Assembly: GCA_031546705.1 (NCBI GenBank) | Contig: JAVBJX010000004.1 | Span: forward strand, 142,712 to 206,711 | DNA: 64,000 nt | Source of the DNA: Bacillales bacterium | GTDB lineage: Bacteria; Bacillota; Bacilli; Bacillales; JAVBJX01 | Reading direction: 5' to 3' | Shown: positions 39,227-48,114 of the stretch, one piece after another | Layout: every line of letters starts with the position of its first letter | Numbering within the stretch: the first letter of the stretch is position 1 | The notes under the pieces: generated by a model | Seen by the model: the letters and a program-made list of their open reading frames with translations, nothing else | Told to the model about the DNA's origin: nothing | Databases searched by the model: none | Position numbers and translations under genes: made by a program

Positions 39227-40165
39227 TTAAAAATACCTTTTTTTCCAAAAAATACGTCCCACAACTAATACAACAATTATCGAAAATACGACAATAAACC
39301 AAAAACCACGATGATCCTCCGCAAAAGGTACGGGTGTATTCATTCCCATAAATCCCGAAAACATCGTTGGTATGGCTAACATAATCGTAACTGTCGCCAA
39401 AAATTTCATAATCGCATTAACATTGTTCGTAATAATTGAAGATACAGCCGTCATCATTGTACTCAAGATTGTACTATAAACTTCTGCCATTTCAACTGCC
39501 TGTTTATTTTCGATAATAACATCTTCTAATATTTCTTGGTCATCCTCATGCATCGTCATATAATTTAGTCGAAGTAATCGCTCTAACACAACATTATTTG
39601 CTTTTAAAGAAGTCATAAAGTAAACTAAACTCTTTTCTAACTCCATTAACATAAATAATTCTTCATTTTTCATAGAAAGATGTAGTTCTTTCTCAATATC
39701 TTCTGTTTTGCGGTTAATTTGTTTAAGATAACGTAAATAACACGTAGAAACAACATGAAGCATTTGAAAAGCAAAACGTGTTTTCATATGGGTATGAAAA
39801 TTTCTAACTCTACCCTTCACAAATTCATCGAGAATAGAATTATCTTGTAAACAAACAGTACTAAAACATGTATTGGTCATAATGATCCCAAGCGGAAGTG
39901 TATCATATGTTGCTTTCTCCTTAATATCATGCGATCTAACAGGAATATCAACAATAATTAATACATGATTATCTTCCTTTTCAATTCTTGAACGTTCTTC
40001 ATCATCCAGTGCATCACAAATAAAATCTACTGGTACATCTAACCTCTCCGAAACATAACGAACTTCTTCATCCGTTGGTGCGATAAGTTTAATCCAACAT
40101 CCTGGCTTGATTTCATTTATTTCTTCAATAGTTCCATCTTTTTTAGATAGATACAAGTTCATCAT
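39227..40165 (-). CDS. corA: CorA-family Mg2+ transporter
   Basis: ALDDEERSRIE, C-terminal 2 TM segments with GMN signature. Confidence 0.92.
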   Translation of the reverse strand: MMNLYLSKKDGTIEEINEIKPGCWIKLIAPTDEEVRYVSERLDVPVDFICDALDDEERSRIEKEDNHVLIIVDIPVRSHDIKEKATYDTLPLGIIMTNTCFSTVCLQDNSILDEFVKGRVRNFHTHMKTRFAFQMLHVVSTCYLRYLKQINRKTEDIEKELHLSMKNEELFMLMELEKSLVYFMTSLKANNVVLERLLRLNYMTMHEDDQEILEDVIIENKQAVEMAEVYSTILSTMMTAVSSIITNNVNAIMKFLATVTIMLAIPTMFSGFMGMNTPVPFAEDHRGFWFIVVFSIIVVLVVGRIFWKKRYF

Positions 40166-40204
40166 TTTTGCATCCCTCCTACAATAAGGGAAATTACATC
40201 TGGG

Positions 40205-40291
40205 CTAGACCTCTTTATTCAGATAGCCACTCTGCCACATTTCATGTATGTTTCCCAACTGACACTTCTTTGGTTCAGGTTCGCTAACCAT
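40205..40291 (-). CDS. Putative corA leader peptide (28 aa)
   Basis: RBS AGAGGTG, MVSEPEPKKCQLGNIHEMWQSGYLNKEV*, ending 39 bp before corA. Confidence 0.55.
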   Translation of the reverse strand: MVSEPEPKKCQLGNIHEMWQSGYLNKEV

Positions 40292-40331
40292 GAATAAATT
40301 GTTCACCTCTCTACATTCATATTCTTCATCA

Positions 40332-40360
40332 ATCATACACGCAGAGTTAACAATTGTACA
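40332..40360 (-). promoter_or_regulatory. Putative sigma-A promoter of the corA leader
   Basis: TGTACA-17 bp-TATGAT on the minus strand. Confidence 0.5.
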
Positions 40361-40442
40361 GTTCAAATATGTGACAAAAAAGGGTTTTTAACAAAAGAAA
40401 CACAATATAAGAAACATCTTAAAATAAAACGCTTTCAACACC

Positions 40443-40471
40443 TTGACTAGTTATTTTTTGTAGTGTATAGT
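40443..40471 (+). promoter_or_regulatory. Sigma-A promoter of cspD
   Basis: TTGACT-17 bp-TATAGT, implying a long 5' UTR as is usual for csp genes. Confidence 0.65.
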
Positions 40472-40588
40472 TATAGATATTGTTAGTTAACAGAAAATGT
40501 CAACCTTGATACATATACAACTTCTGCTTTACATATGTTCTGTTAATCAATGAATTTATTAGCGTTCCGCTATATAGGAGGAAGTAAG

Positions 40589-40789
40589 ATGCAAAACGGT
40601 AAAGTAAAATGGTTTAACAGTGAAAAAGGATACGGATTTATTGAGTCTGACAATGGCGATGATGTATTCGTTCATTTCACAGCTATTCAAGGTGAAGGAT
40701 ACAGATCACTTGAAGAAAACCAAGCAGTTTCTTTTGAAATTGTTGAAGGTAATCGTGGACCACAAGCGGCTAACGTAGTTAAACTATAA
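40589..40789 (+). CDS. cspD: Cold shock protein
   Basis: [18 protein letters not shown]...DVFVHF; RBS AGGAGG; start at 40589. Confidence 0.9.
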   Translation: MQNGKVKWFNSEKGYGFIESDNGDDVFVHFTAIQGEGYRSLEENQAVSFEIVEGNRGPQAANVVKL

Positions 40790-40799
40790 TAGTTGTAAC

Positions 40800-40830
40800 A
40801 AAAAGACGAGTCTTAGACTCGTCTTTTTTT
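40800..40830 (+). terminator. Intrinsic terminator after cspD
   Basis: AAAAGACGAGTC-TTA-GACTCGTCTTTTTTT. Confidence 0.85.
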
Positions 40831-40904
40831 ATTATTGAAACTTAAAAAATTTTTAGTATACTTCTAGGCATTTAAAAACCTTACAAAGGTGGACTCAACC
40901 CAAA

Positions 40905-41648
40905 ATGATTACATTATTTATTTCTCTAATAGCACTAATGATTGGATCATTTCTAAACGTCTGTATTTACCGCATTCCAAAAGAAGAATCCATTGCCTTC
41001 CCTCCTTCGCACTGTCAATCATGCCAACATAAATTAGCAGTAAATGATTTATTACCGATTGCGAGCTTTTTGTTTCTAAAAGGAAAATGCCGTTATTGTC
41101 GAAAAAAAATCTCCAAACAATATCCAATTGTAGAAGCTCTAACTACTATGACAATCACTCTACTTTTTTTACACTATGGATTAACTATTGTATTTATCAA
41201 ACTTTGTCTTGTAACTTTTCTCTTAATTATTATTAGTTTTATTGATTTAGAATATATGATTATTCCAGACAAACTACTTTTAATCGGACTTGCTATTACT
41301 GTAGTTTTATTTCCATTTGGAGATAATTCCATCCAGTCAAGTTTGCTTGGAACTGTGATTGGTGGCGGATTCTTCTACTCATTAACTTTTATCAAAAACG
41401 GAGAAGCAATGGGACATGGGGATGTAAAAATGATGCTTTGGCTTGGATTTCTATTTGGATGGAAACAAGTTATTCTAATTATACTTCTGTCATTTTGGAT
41501 TGGTGCGTTTGTATCAGTAATACTTCTTTTTCTAAAGCGAAAAAAAACGAGAGAACAGATTCCATTTGGCCCATTTATTAGTGTAAGTGCCTATATAGTT
41601 ATACTGTTTGGACAACAGATTATTTCTCTTTATCTACGATATTTGTAA
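40905..41648 (+). CDS. pilD: Prepilin peptidase/N-methyltransferase (A24)
   Basis: GSFLNVCIYRIP, CxxC...GKCRYC, catalytic IDL and MGHGDVK, IPFGPF. Confidence 0.92.
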   Translation: MITLFISLIALMIGSFLNVCIYRIPKEESIAFPPSHCQSCQHKLAVNDLLPIASFLFLKGKCRYCRKKISKQYPIVEALTTMTITLLFLHYGLTIVFIKLCLVTFLLIIISFIDLEYMIIPDKLLLIGLAITVVLFPFGDNSIQSSLLGTVIGGGFFYSLTFIKNGEAMGHGDVKMMLWLGFLFGWKQVILIILLSFWIGAFVSVILLFLKRKKTREQIPFGPFISVSAYIVILFGQQIISLYLRYL

Positions 41649-41884
41649 GTTTAATTGTTAGAAAGAGCATATAGAGTTTTTTTCCCTATGTGGCTGCTTC
41701 AAGACTTTCGTAAAAAAATTCATAAAAATACCTACTCAGTTGATGATATCCAAGTGGTAATACTACTTGTTTTTTCTTGTAATATACGCACTAATCCTTG
41801 GACATGTGAAAAAGCTACAAGAGGCTGTGACAAAAGGAGTGAAAAACACCCCGATTGTCACAGCCTCTCTTTTCTTATCTTTAC

Positions 41885-44800
41885 TTAGTTTGATCCGCTT
41901 GGTTTCACAGCAGTGATAGTTAATTTATCTTTGCCAGTCACCCACGGAAGCGGTGTTGTTAATTTATTCGTAACATCACTTAATGTCACCTTTATTTCCG
42001 ATATTGTAAGCGAAACTTCGTCTTTTACTTCTCCTCTTACTTTAAAATTGTAACCCATATCAATCATAACAGTGACTGAAACAGAAGTATTAGCCGCTAA
42101 TTTATTAGCAAAATCTATTCTTCCATTTACTATGCCTATTTTTGCCCCAGCATCTCCTTGTACTCTTAACACCTCCATAGGAGATTGAATACCAGCTATT
42201 TGTAGGGTGAGAGCATCTTTTTGTGCTGGATCTATACTTAGACTATCTCCAACTTTAAACATTACTTTTGCCATCATTTTTCCTTTTTCTACAATGTTTA
42301 TAGAATTTTTTTCATTTACACTTGTAATAGTAAGGTTCGAGATTATACTACTTGAATTATATATCAAAAATGGTCCGACAATAACTTTTTTCATATCATC
42401 CGCTGTCCAAACAGCAAGATAGTACTTACCTACTTTTTGAAAAGCAACTGTTGTGTCTTCTGTTGTTGTAGTTGTCCAAGTGCCTGTAAAGTTTTCTAGT
42501 GTTATTGAATCTGCAGTGCTTTCAATCAATTGATACTTTGCTTCCAATTCTTCTTCAGCAATAGTAATAGTTGCCGTAGCATCTGTTGTTAATTTCTCTG
42601 GTGGATTCAATATCTTTATTTGATCTCCAGTTGTTTCTGTTGTGAATTTGTACAAATGCCCACTATTATCCTTTACTTGGATCGTAAGTTTTGGAATCTT
42701 CACCACAAACGGACCAACAATGACTTTTTTCATATCATCTTTTGTCCAAACAGCAAGATAATAGTTACCAGTTACTTTTGGAAAATCAATTGTAACTGTT
42801 GTGTCTCCTGTTGTTGCAGTTTCCCATTTTGGAGAATTTATAGGATCTGTAGGGAAGTTTGTCATTGTTATAGTCACTGGATTACTAGCGATAGTAAACA
42901 ATTGATACTTTGCTTCCAAGTCTACTGCATCCAGAGTAATAATTGCTTGAGCTTTTCCTACTATCTTTCCTTCTACACCCAAGGTTTTTGGTTGATCTCC
43001 AGTCACATCTGTGGAGAACACCTCTCTAATAGGATTCTTATCCTTTACTTGGATCATAAATTTTGGAACTTTTACCACAAACGGACCAACAATAACTTGT
43101 TTCATTTTATCTTTTGTCTGAACAAGAAGATAATAGGTGCCAGATACTGTTGAAAAATCAATTGTCGTTGTTCCTGCTGTTATATTTTCCCAACCACTCG
43201 TTGGAAAATTTGTGAATATCGGTGCAGTATCACTTGGAATCAATTGATATTGCGATGGCAATTCTTTTGGATCTAACGTAATAATTGCTTGCGATTTTCC
43301 TGTTAACTTTCCTTCTAATCCCAAGGTTTGTATTTGATCTCCAGTCGTTTCAGTTGTGAACACTTCTCTAGTGTTACTATTATCCTTTACTTGTACCGTA
43401 AGTTTTGGAACCTTCACCCAATACGGACCAGCAACGATTAATTTTGTACCACTTGCTCTCATAACACGAACAGCAAGATAATATTTCCCATATCCTGTTG
43501 GAAAAGCAACTGTTGTGTCTGCAGTAGTTAAATTTGTCCATTTATTTTCAGGAATGCTTGTTGCTGTTGGATCTGTATCGCTTGGAATAAATTGATATTG
43601 CGATTTTGGCGTATTTTGAGCACCTAGTTTAACTTGAAGCCACCACGGTCCAGTAGATACACTACCAGCACCAGCCCATGCTGTTGACTCAATGCCATCT
43701 ACTGCTTTATCTGGTATGTGTTCTGAGTTCCACGTATAATTTGATATTACTGGTGTCTTTCCAAAAGTTAAGTTAACAGTAGGATTTAAGTTATTGTAAA
43801 GTTCAAACTCACTAACGATTGGTGCATATCCTACTACCGAAGTAATCAACAATTTCGCATACATTCCAGTGACAGCTGGAAATGTAATAAGTTTATTTTC
43901 TAGATCATCCGTTCCAGTAGTAGTATAGGCATCAATCCATGTGTTGCCATCATTTGAATATTGAATTGTATAACCCTTGATACGACCTCCAGCTTCTTTA
44001 TCTACAGAATTGTTTTTCACTACAATTTTCGCCTGATTAAATGTTGTACCTGTAGGAACTAATTCTTCTGGAGCAACATTAATCGTTACAGAAGCAGTTC
44101 CTGTTAACACTTTTGGGTCTTGGAAGATATTCATCTGATTTTCAAACGTTGCTGTTTCAAAATAATCTTTTTGTCCATTGTTATAGTCTACTTGCACCTT
44201 AAGCTTTGGATTATTCACCACAAACGGACCGACAACGATTTGTTTAGTACCATCAGTTCTCACAACCCGAACAGCAAGATAATATTTACCAGGTTCTATT
44301 GGAAAAGGAATTTTCATGTCTTTCGAAGTTATACTTACCCAATTACTTTCAGGAATACTTGTTGGAGCTATGTCTGTATCGGTTTTAATAAATTGATATT
44401 TAGTTGGTATTGAAGTTGCTAGTCCAACCTCAAGATACCACGTTGAACTAGCAGTGATACCACCATCAGGAGCTGTCCATTGCGTGGAAGGATTACCATC
44501 TATTGCTTTATATGCCGTGTAAAGTGTATCATATATGGCATTAGCTGATGCTACTGAACTATTTAAAGCTAAGTTAGTATCAGGAGAAGACGAAAAACTA
44601 TTATACAGTTCAAACTCTCCAATCCCTGGTGCACCTCCAAGAGTCTCACCGATCCACACTCTCGCTTTCGTTCCAGTGACAGCTGGAAATGTAATAAGTT
44701 TATTTAGTTTAGGATCAGGAACCGTTCCCGAATAACTATAAGCATCTTTCCAGTCGGAGCCATCGCCAGGTAAATACTGGATCTTATAACTCCTCATACG

Positions 44801-47560
44801 AGATGTATAGTCATAATTGCTTTTTGTGATAATTTTTGCCTGATTAAATGTTGTACCCGCTTCGTCTGGAGCAACATGAATAGTTACAGAAGCCTTTCCT
44901 GTTAACGTCTTTGGTTGCGGAAAGGTAACCGATTCAGGTCCAAACGTTGTTGTTGTGAAAATGTATTGCTGTCCAACCGTATCATCTACTTGTACTGTAA
45001 GTTTCGGATTTTGCACCAAAAACGGACCAGAAATGACTTGTTTTGTACTATTTGCTGTCTGAACAGCAACATAATATTGACCAGGTTCTGTTGGGAAAAC
45101 AACTTGCGTTTGTTCCTTAGTTAGATCAATCCAAGTAGTTGCAGGAAGGTTTGACGGATCTGGATTCGTATTGCTTTTAATAAATTGATATTGAGCTTTT
45201 GGTTGAGGATGTAGATCAACCTGAAGCCACCATGGTGCTCCAGAGAGACGAGAACCCCACCACAATGTTGTAAGATTGTTGTCTCCCGCTTTGTCTGCCC
45301 CGAATGTTGGATCCCCAGAAAATACACTACTAGCTGTTAGCGGATTATTTAAAGTTAGGTTCGGAGAAGAGTTATAATAAAGCTGCAACTCATAAACTAT
45401 TGGACAAACATCACGATCAACATTTATCGAATTAACCAACAATCTCACTTTCGTTCCGGTGACAGTAGGAAATGTAATCAGCTGATTTTCTTTAGGATCT
45501 GGAGTAGTATTCCCACCATCATAAGTATAAGCAGTTGACCATGTAGAATCATTCTGCTTCAAATACTGGATGCTATAATTTGTTAAACGACCTACTGGAT
45601 TATTTAATCCACCTGTAGATACTAGATTACCTGAGCTATCATGAGCCTGTGTTATAATTTTCACCTGATTAAATGTTGATGTTGGAGAATACAAGTCTTC
45701 TGGATCAATATTAATAGTTGCAGTAGCATTTTCTTTTAACGTCTTTGATGGCGAAAAATAATCTGTTTGATTTCCACTAGCTGTTGTTGTGAAAGAATAT
45801 GGAGTTCCAACCGTATCATCTACTTTTATACTGAGTTCACTCGGTACCAAAAACGGACCAGAAATGACTTGTTTTGTCTCACGAGCTGTCCGAACAACAA
45901 GATAATATTGATCAGACTGTTTTGGAAAAGCAACTACCGTGTCTACCGTAGTTATATCTGTCCAATTACCTGCAAGAATACTTGCTGAATCTGGAGTTGT
46001 CTGGCTTTTAATAAATTGATATTGAGCTGTTTCTGGTGTAGTATTTGGTGGATTTAATTCGACTGCAAGCCACCACTGTTTGCCAGCAGGGGGACCTGGA
46101 TTGTTATAATCATTAGCTGCCCATCTTGTTCCTGGACTGCCATCTGTTGCTTTATTTGCTACCACATCGGAATTACCTGTATACGATTCACTAGCTGTTG
46201 TTGGCTTATTAAAAGTTAAGTTTGTAATAGAAGAAGAAAGACTATTATAAAGTTCAAGTTCGTAAACTACTGGACCACCAGTTGTACTAGGAGACTTATT
46301 TATTACTGAATCAATCAACAATCTCGCTCTCGTTCCAGTGACGGCAGGAAATGAAATAAGTTGATCTCCTTGGTTAAGTTTCGGATCCACACCTGTTCCA
46401 GTATAACTATAGGCATCTAACCATGTTTTACCATTGTTCGAGTACTGAATTTTATAATGTCCTATACGAGCTGAAAAATCTCCCTGAGAGCCATTTGTTA
46501 TAATTCTCGCTTGATTAAATGTTGTGCTTGAGCCCATTAGTTCTTCTTTAGCAATATTAATAGTTGCCGAAGCATTTCCTTTTAACGTTATTAATGAAGA
46601 CGGATCTGTTTGATTTCCATTCGTTCTTGTTTGAAAATCATATTTTGGTCCGTCTATATCCTTTACTTGTATCGCAAGTTTCGGATTATCCACCACAAAT
46701 GGACAAGAAATGATTTGTTTCGTCCCGCCTGCTGTTCGAACGACAAGATAATATTGACCATGTGCTGTTGGAAAATCAACTTGCGTTGCTGCCTGAGTTA
46801 TATCATTCCAATTAGTTGCAGGAATGCTTGATGGAGCCGTCGTACTTTTAATAAATTGATATTGAGCTGTTGGTGTATCCACTAAATTGACTGCAAGCCA
46901 CCACTGTTTGCCATTAGGGGGATAATCATTCGAATTCCAACATGAGTTGGGGTCATTATCTACTGCGTTGCTTCCTGCATACGATGAATTTGCATTATTA
47001 CCATACGTTTCACTAACTGTTACTGATTTATTTAAAGTTAAATTAGTAGAAGCAGGTGTATCATAAAGTTGAAAATCATAAATTTGTGGACCACCCATTG
47101 AGATTACCGAAGTAACCAACACTCTCACTTTCGCTCCAGTTACAGGAGAAGGAAGTGTAACAGTTTGAGTAATAATTGCATTCTGATCCGTTGTCGACGT
47201 AGTCTGTTCCTGACCAAAATCTAACCATGTAGAACCGTTCAAATACTGTATTTTATACGTCTTTATACGATTAAATTTAATTTTCGCCTGATTAAATGTT
47301 ATACCTGAGGCAACTAAGTCTTCTATAGGAACATTAATAGTTGCAAAAGCATTCTCATTTAACTTCTTTGATTGCAAAGATGAATCTGTTTGAGTTCCAC
47401 TTGTTGCCGCAGAATATGATCCATCAACTGTATTGACTTGTACCGTAAATTGACTCGGACTCGCTGATCGAACAGCGGCAAATGCACGAAAATTACCCAA
47501 CTCACATAGCTGAAAAGTAAGTACTATGACCAAAATTATTAAAGAAACCTTTCTTTTCAT
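41885..47560 (-). CDS. Large secreted repeat protein with five permuted F5/8C (discoidin/CBM32-like) domains; putative pilus-associated adhesin
   Basis: Sec-type signal (AFA|A), 8 beta-rich repeats, repeated YKIQYS.DG.TW and NL..NK..TAS...A.DG...T.W...WWL.V.L motifs; last gene of the pilin cluster. Confidence 0.75.
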   Translation of the reverse strand: MKRKVSLIILVIVLTFQLCELGNFRAFAAVRSASPSQFTVQVNTVDGSYSAATSGTQTDSSLQSKKLNENAFATINVPIEDLVASGITFNQAKIKFNRIKTYKIQYLNGSTWLDFGQEQTTSTTDQNAIITQTVTLPSPVTGAKVRVLVTSVISMGGPQIYDFQLYDTPASTNLTLNKSVTVSETYGNNANSSYAGSNAVDNDPNSCWNSNDYPPNGKQWWLAVNLVDTPTAQYQFIKSTTAPSSIPATNWNDITQAATQVDFPTAHGQYYLVVRTAGGTKQIISCPFVVDNPKLAIQVKDIDGPKYDFQTRTNGNQTDPSSLITLKGNASATINIAKEELMGSSTTFNQARIITNGSQGDFSARIGHYKIQYSNNGKTWLDAYSYTGTGVDPKLNQGDQLISFPAVTGTRARLLIDSVINKSPSTTGGPVVYELELYNSLSSSITNLTFNKPTTASESYTGNSDVVANKATDGSPGTRWAANDYNNPGPPAGKQWWLAVELNPPNTTPETAQYQFIKSQTTPDSASILAGNWTDITTVDTVVAFPKQSDQYYLVVRTARETKQVISGPFLVPSELSIKVDDTVGTPYSFTTTASGNQTDYFSPSKTLKENATATINIDPEDLYSPTSTFNQVKIITQAHDSSGNLVSTGGLNNPVGRLTNYSIQYLKQNDSTWSTAYTYDGGNTTPDPKENQLITFPTVTGTKVRLLVNSINVDRDVCPIVYELQLYYNSSPNLTLNNPLTASSVFSGDPTFGADKAGDNNLTTLWWGSRLSGAPWWLQVDLHPQPKAQYQFIKSNTNPDPSNLPATTWIDLTKEQTQVVFPTEPGQYYVAVQTANSTKQVISGPFLVQNPKLTVQVDDTVGQQYIFTTTTFGPESVTFPQPKTLTGKASVTIHVAPDEAGTTFNQAKIITKSNYDYTSRMRSYKIQYLPGDGSDWKDAYSYSGTVPDPKLNKLITFPAVTGTKARVWIGETLGGAPGIGEFELYNSFSSSPDTNLALNSSVASANAIYDTLYTAYKAIDGNPSTQWTAPDGGITASSTWYLEVGLATSIPTKYQFIKTDTDIAPTSIPESNWVSITSKDMKIPFPIEPGKYYLAVRVVRTDGTKQIVVGPFVVNNPKLKVQVDYNNGQKDYFETATFENQMNIFQDPKVLTGTASVTINVAPEELVPTGTTFNQAKIVVKNNSVDKEAGGRIKGYTIQYSNDGNTWIDAYTTTGTDDLENKLITFPAVTGMYAKLLITSVVGYAPIVSEFELYNNLNPTVNLTFGKTPVISNYTWNSEHIPDKAVDGIESTAWAGAGSVSTGPWWLQVKLGAQNTPKSQYQFIPSDTDPTATSIPENKWTNLTTADTTVAFPTGYGKYYLAVRVMRASGTKLIVAGPYWVKVPKLTVQVKDNSNTREVFTTETTGDQIQTLGLEGKLTGKSQAIITLDPKELPSQYQLIPSDTAPIFTNFPTSGWENITAGTTTIDFSTVSGTYYLLVQTKDKMKQVIVGPFVVKVPKFMIQVKDKNPIREVFSTDVTGDQPKTLGVEGKIVGKAQAIITLDAVDLEAKYQLFTIASNPVTITMTNFPTDPINSPKWETATTGDTTVTIDFPKVTGNYYLAVWTKDDMKKVIVGPFVVKIPKLTIQVKDNSGHLYKFTTETTGDQIKILNPPEKLTTDATATITIAEEELEAKYQLIESTADSITLENFTGTWTTTTTEDTTVAFQKVGKYYLAVWTADDMKKVIVGPFLIYNSSSIISNLTITSVNEKNSINIVEKGKMMAKVMFKVGDSLSIDPAQKDALTLQIAGIQSPMEVLRVQGDAGAKIGIVNGRIDFANKLAANTSVSVTVMIDMGYNFKVRGEVKDEVSLTISEIKVTLSDVTNKLTTPLPWVTGKDKLTITAVKPSGSN

Positions 47561-48069
47561 TACTCTACATCCCCTTTATTCCTTAAAGCAATTTGTGTTG
47601 AAAAAGTTTGAGTTGTTTCGTTGTTAGTTCCAGTGATATCAATTCGTACTAACCTAGAATTTTCTAAAGCAACATTGGCTACTCCACTGACAATGGAAAA
47701 AGCGGTAACACGTTCAAAGTTCCTTGCTCTAATCGACATTTCATTTCCAGAAAGAATATCCAATTGAGCCGTTGTCGTATTATATTGAAGACATTGACGA
47801 ACAGGCTGCCTACTTACTGGAAAATCGAAGCAATATGTAGTCACTCCACCTGCTACCACACTCCTAACGGATGAAGCTTCTCTCACAAGCAAAGCTACCT
47901 GTTCAGAAATATCTTCTACATTCATTTGCACATTTACTTGGCGATCAGCACGATGAAATACATGAACATTAAATATTAGAAATGAACTAATCGCCGTAAT
48001 AAGAATCGTAGATACTGCCATACCAATAACCAATTCGATAAGAGTAAACCCTTTTGAGTTTAGTTTCAT
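47560..48069 (-). CDS. Minor pilin (PilW-like)
   Basis: Class III signal KG|FTLIELVIG. Confidence 0.85.
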   Translation of the reverse strand: MKLNSKGFTLIELVIGMAVSTILITAISSFLIFNVHVFHRADRQVNVQMNVEDISEQVALLVREASSVRSVVAGGVTTYCFDFPVSRQPVRQCLQYNTTTAQLDILSGNEMSIRARNFERVTAFSIVSGVANVALENSRLVRIDITGTNNETTQTFSTQIALRNKGDVE

Positions 48070-48114
48070 TATGTTCACCTTCCCCAAAAATCTCTCTATC
48101 ACTTTGTTTTGTCA

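Noticed and set aside
41885-47560. CRISPR array or DNA-level repeat element
   Set aside because: The repeats are long, degenerate and in-frame protein-domain repeats, with no constant repeat-spacer periodicity and no cas genes.
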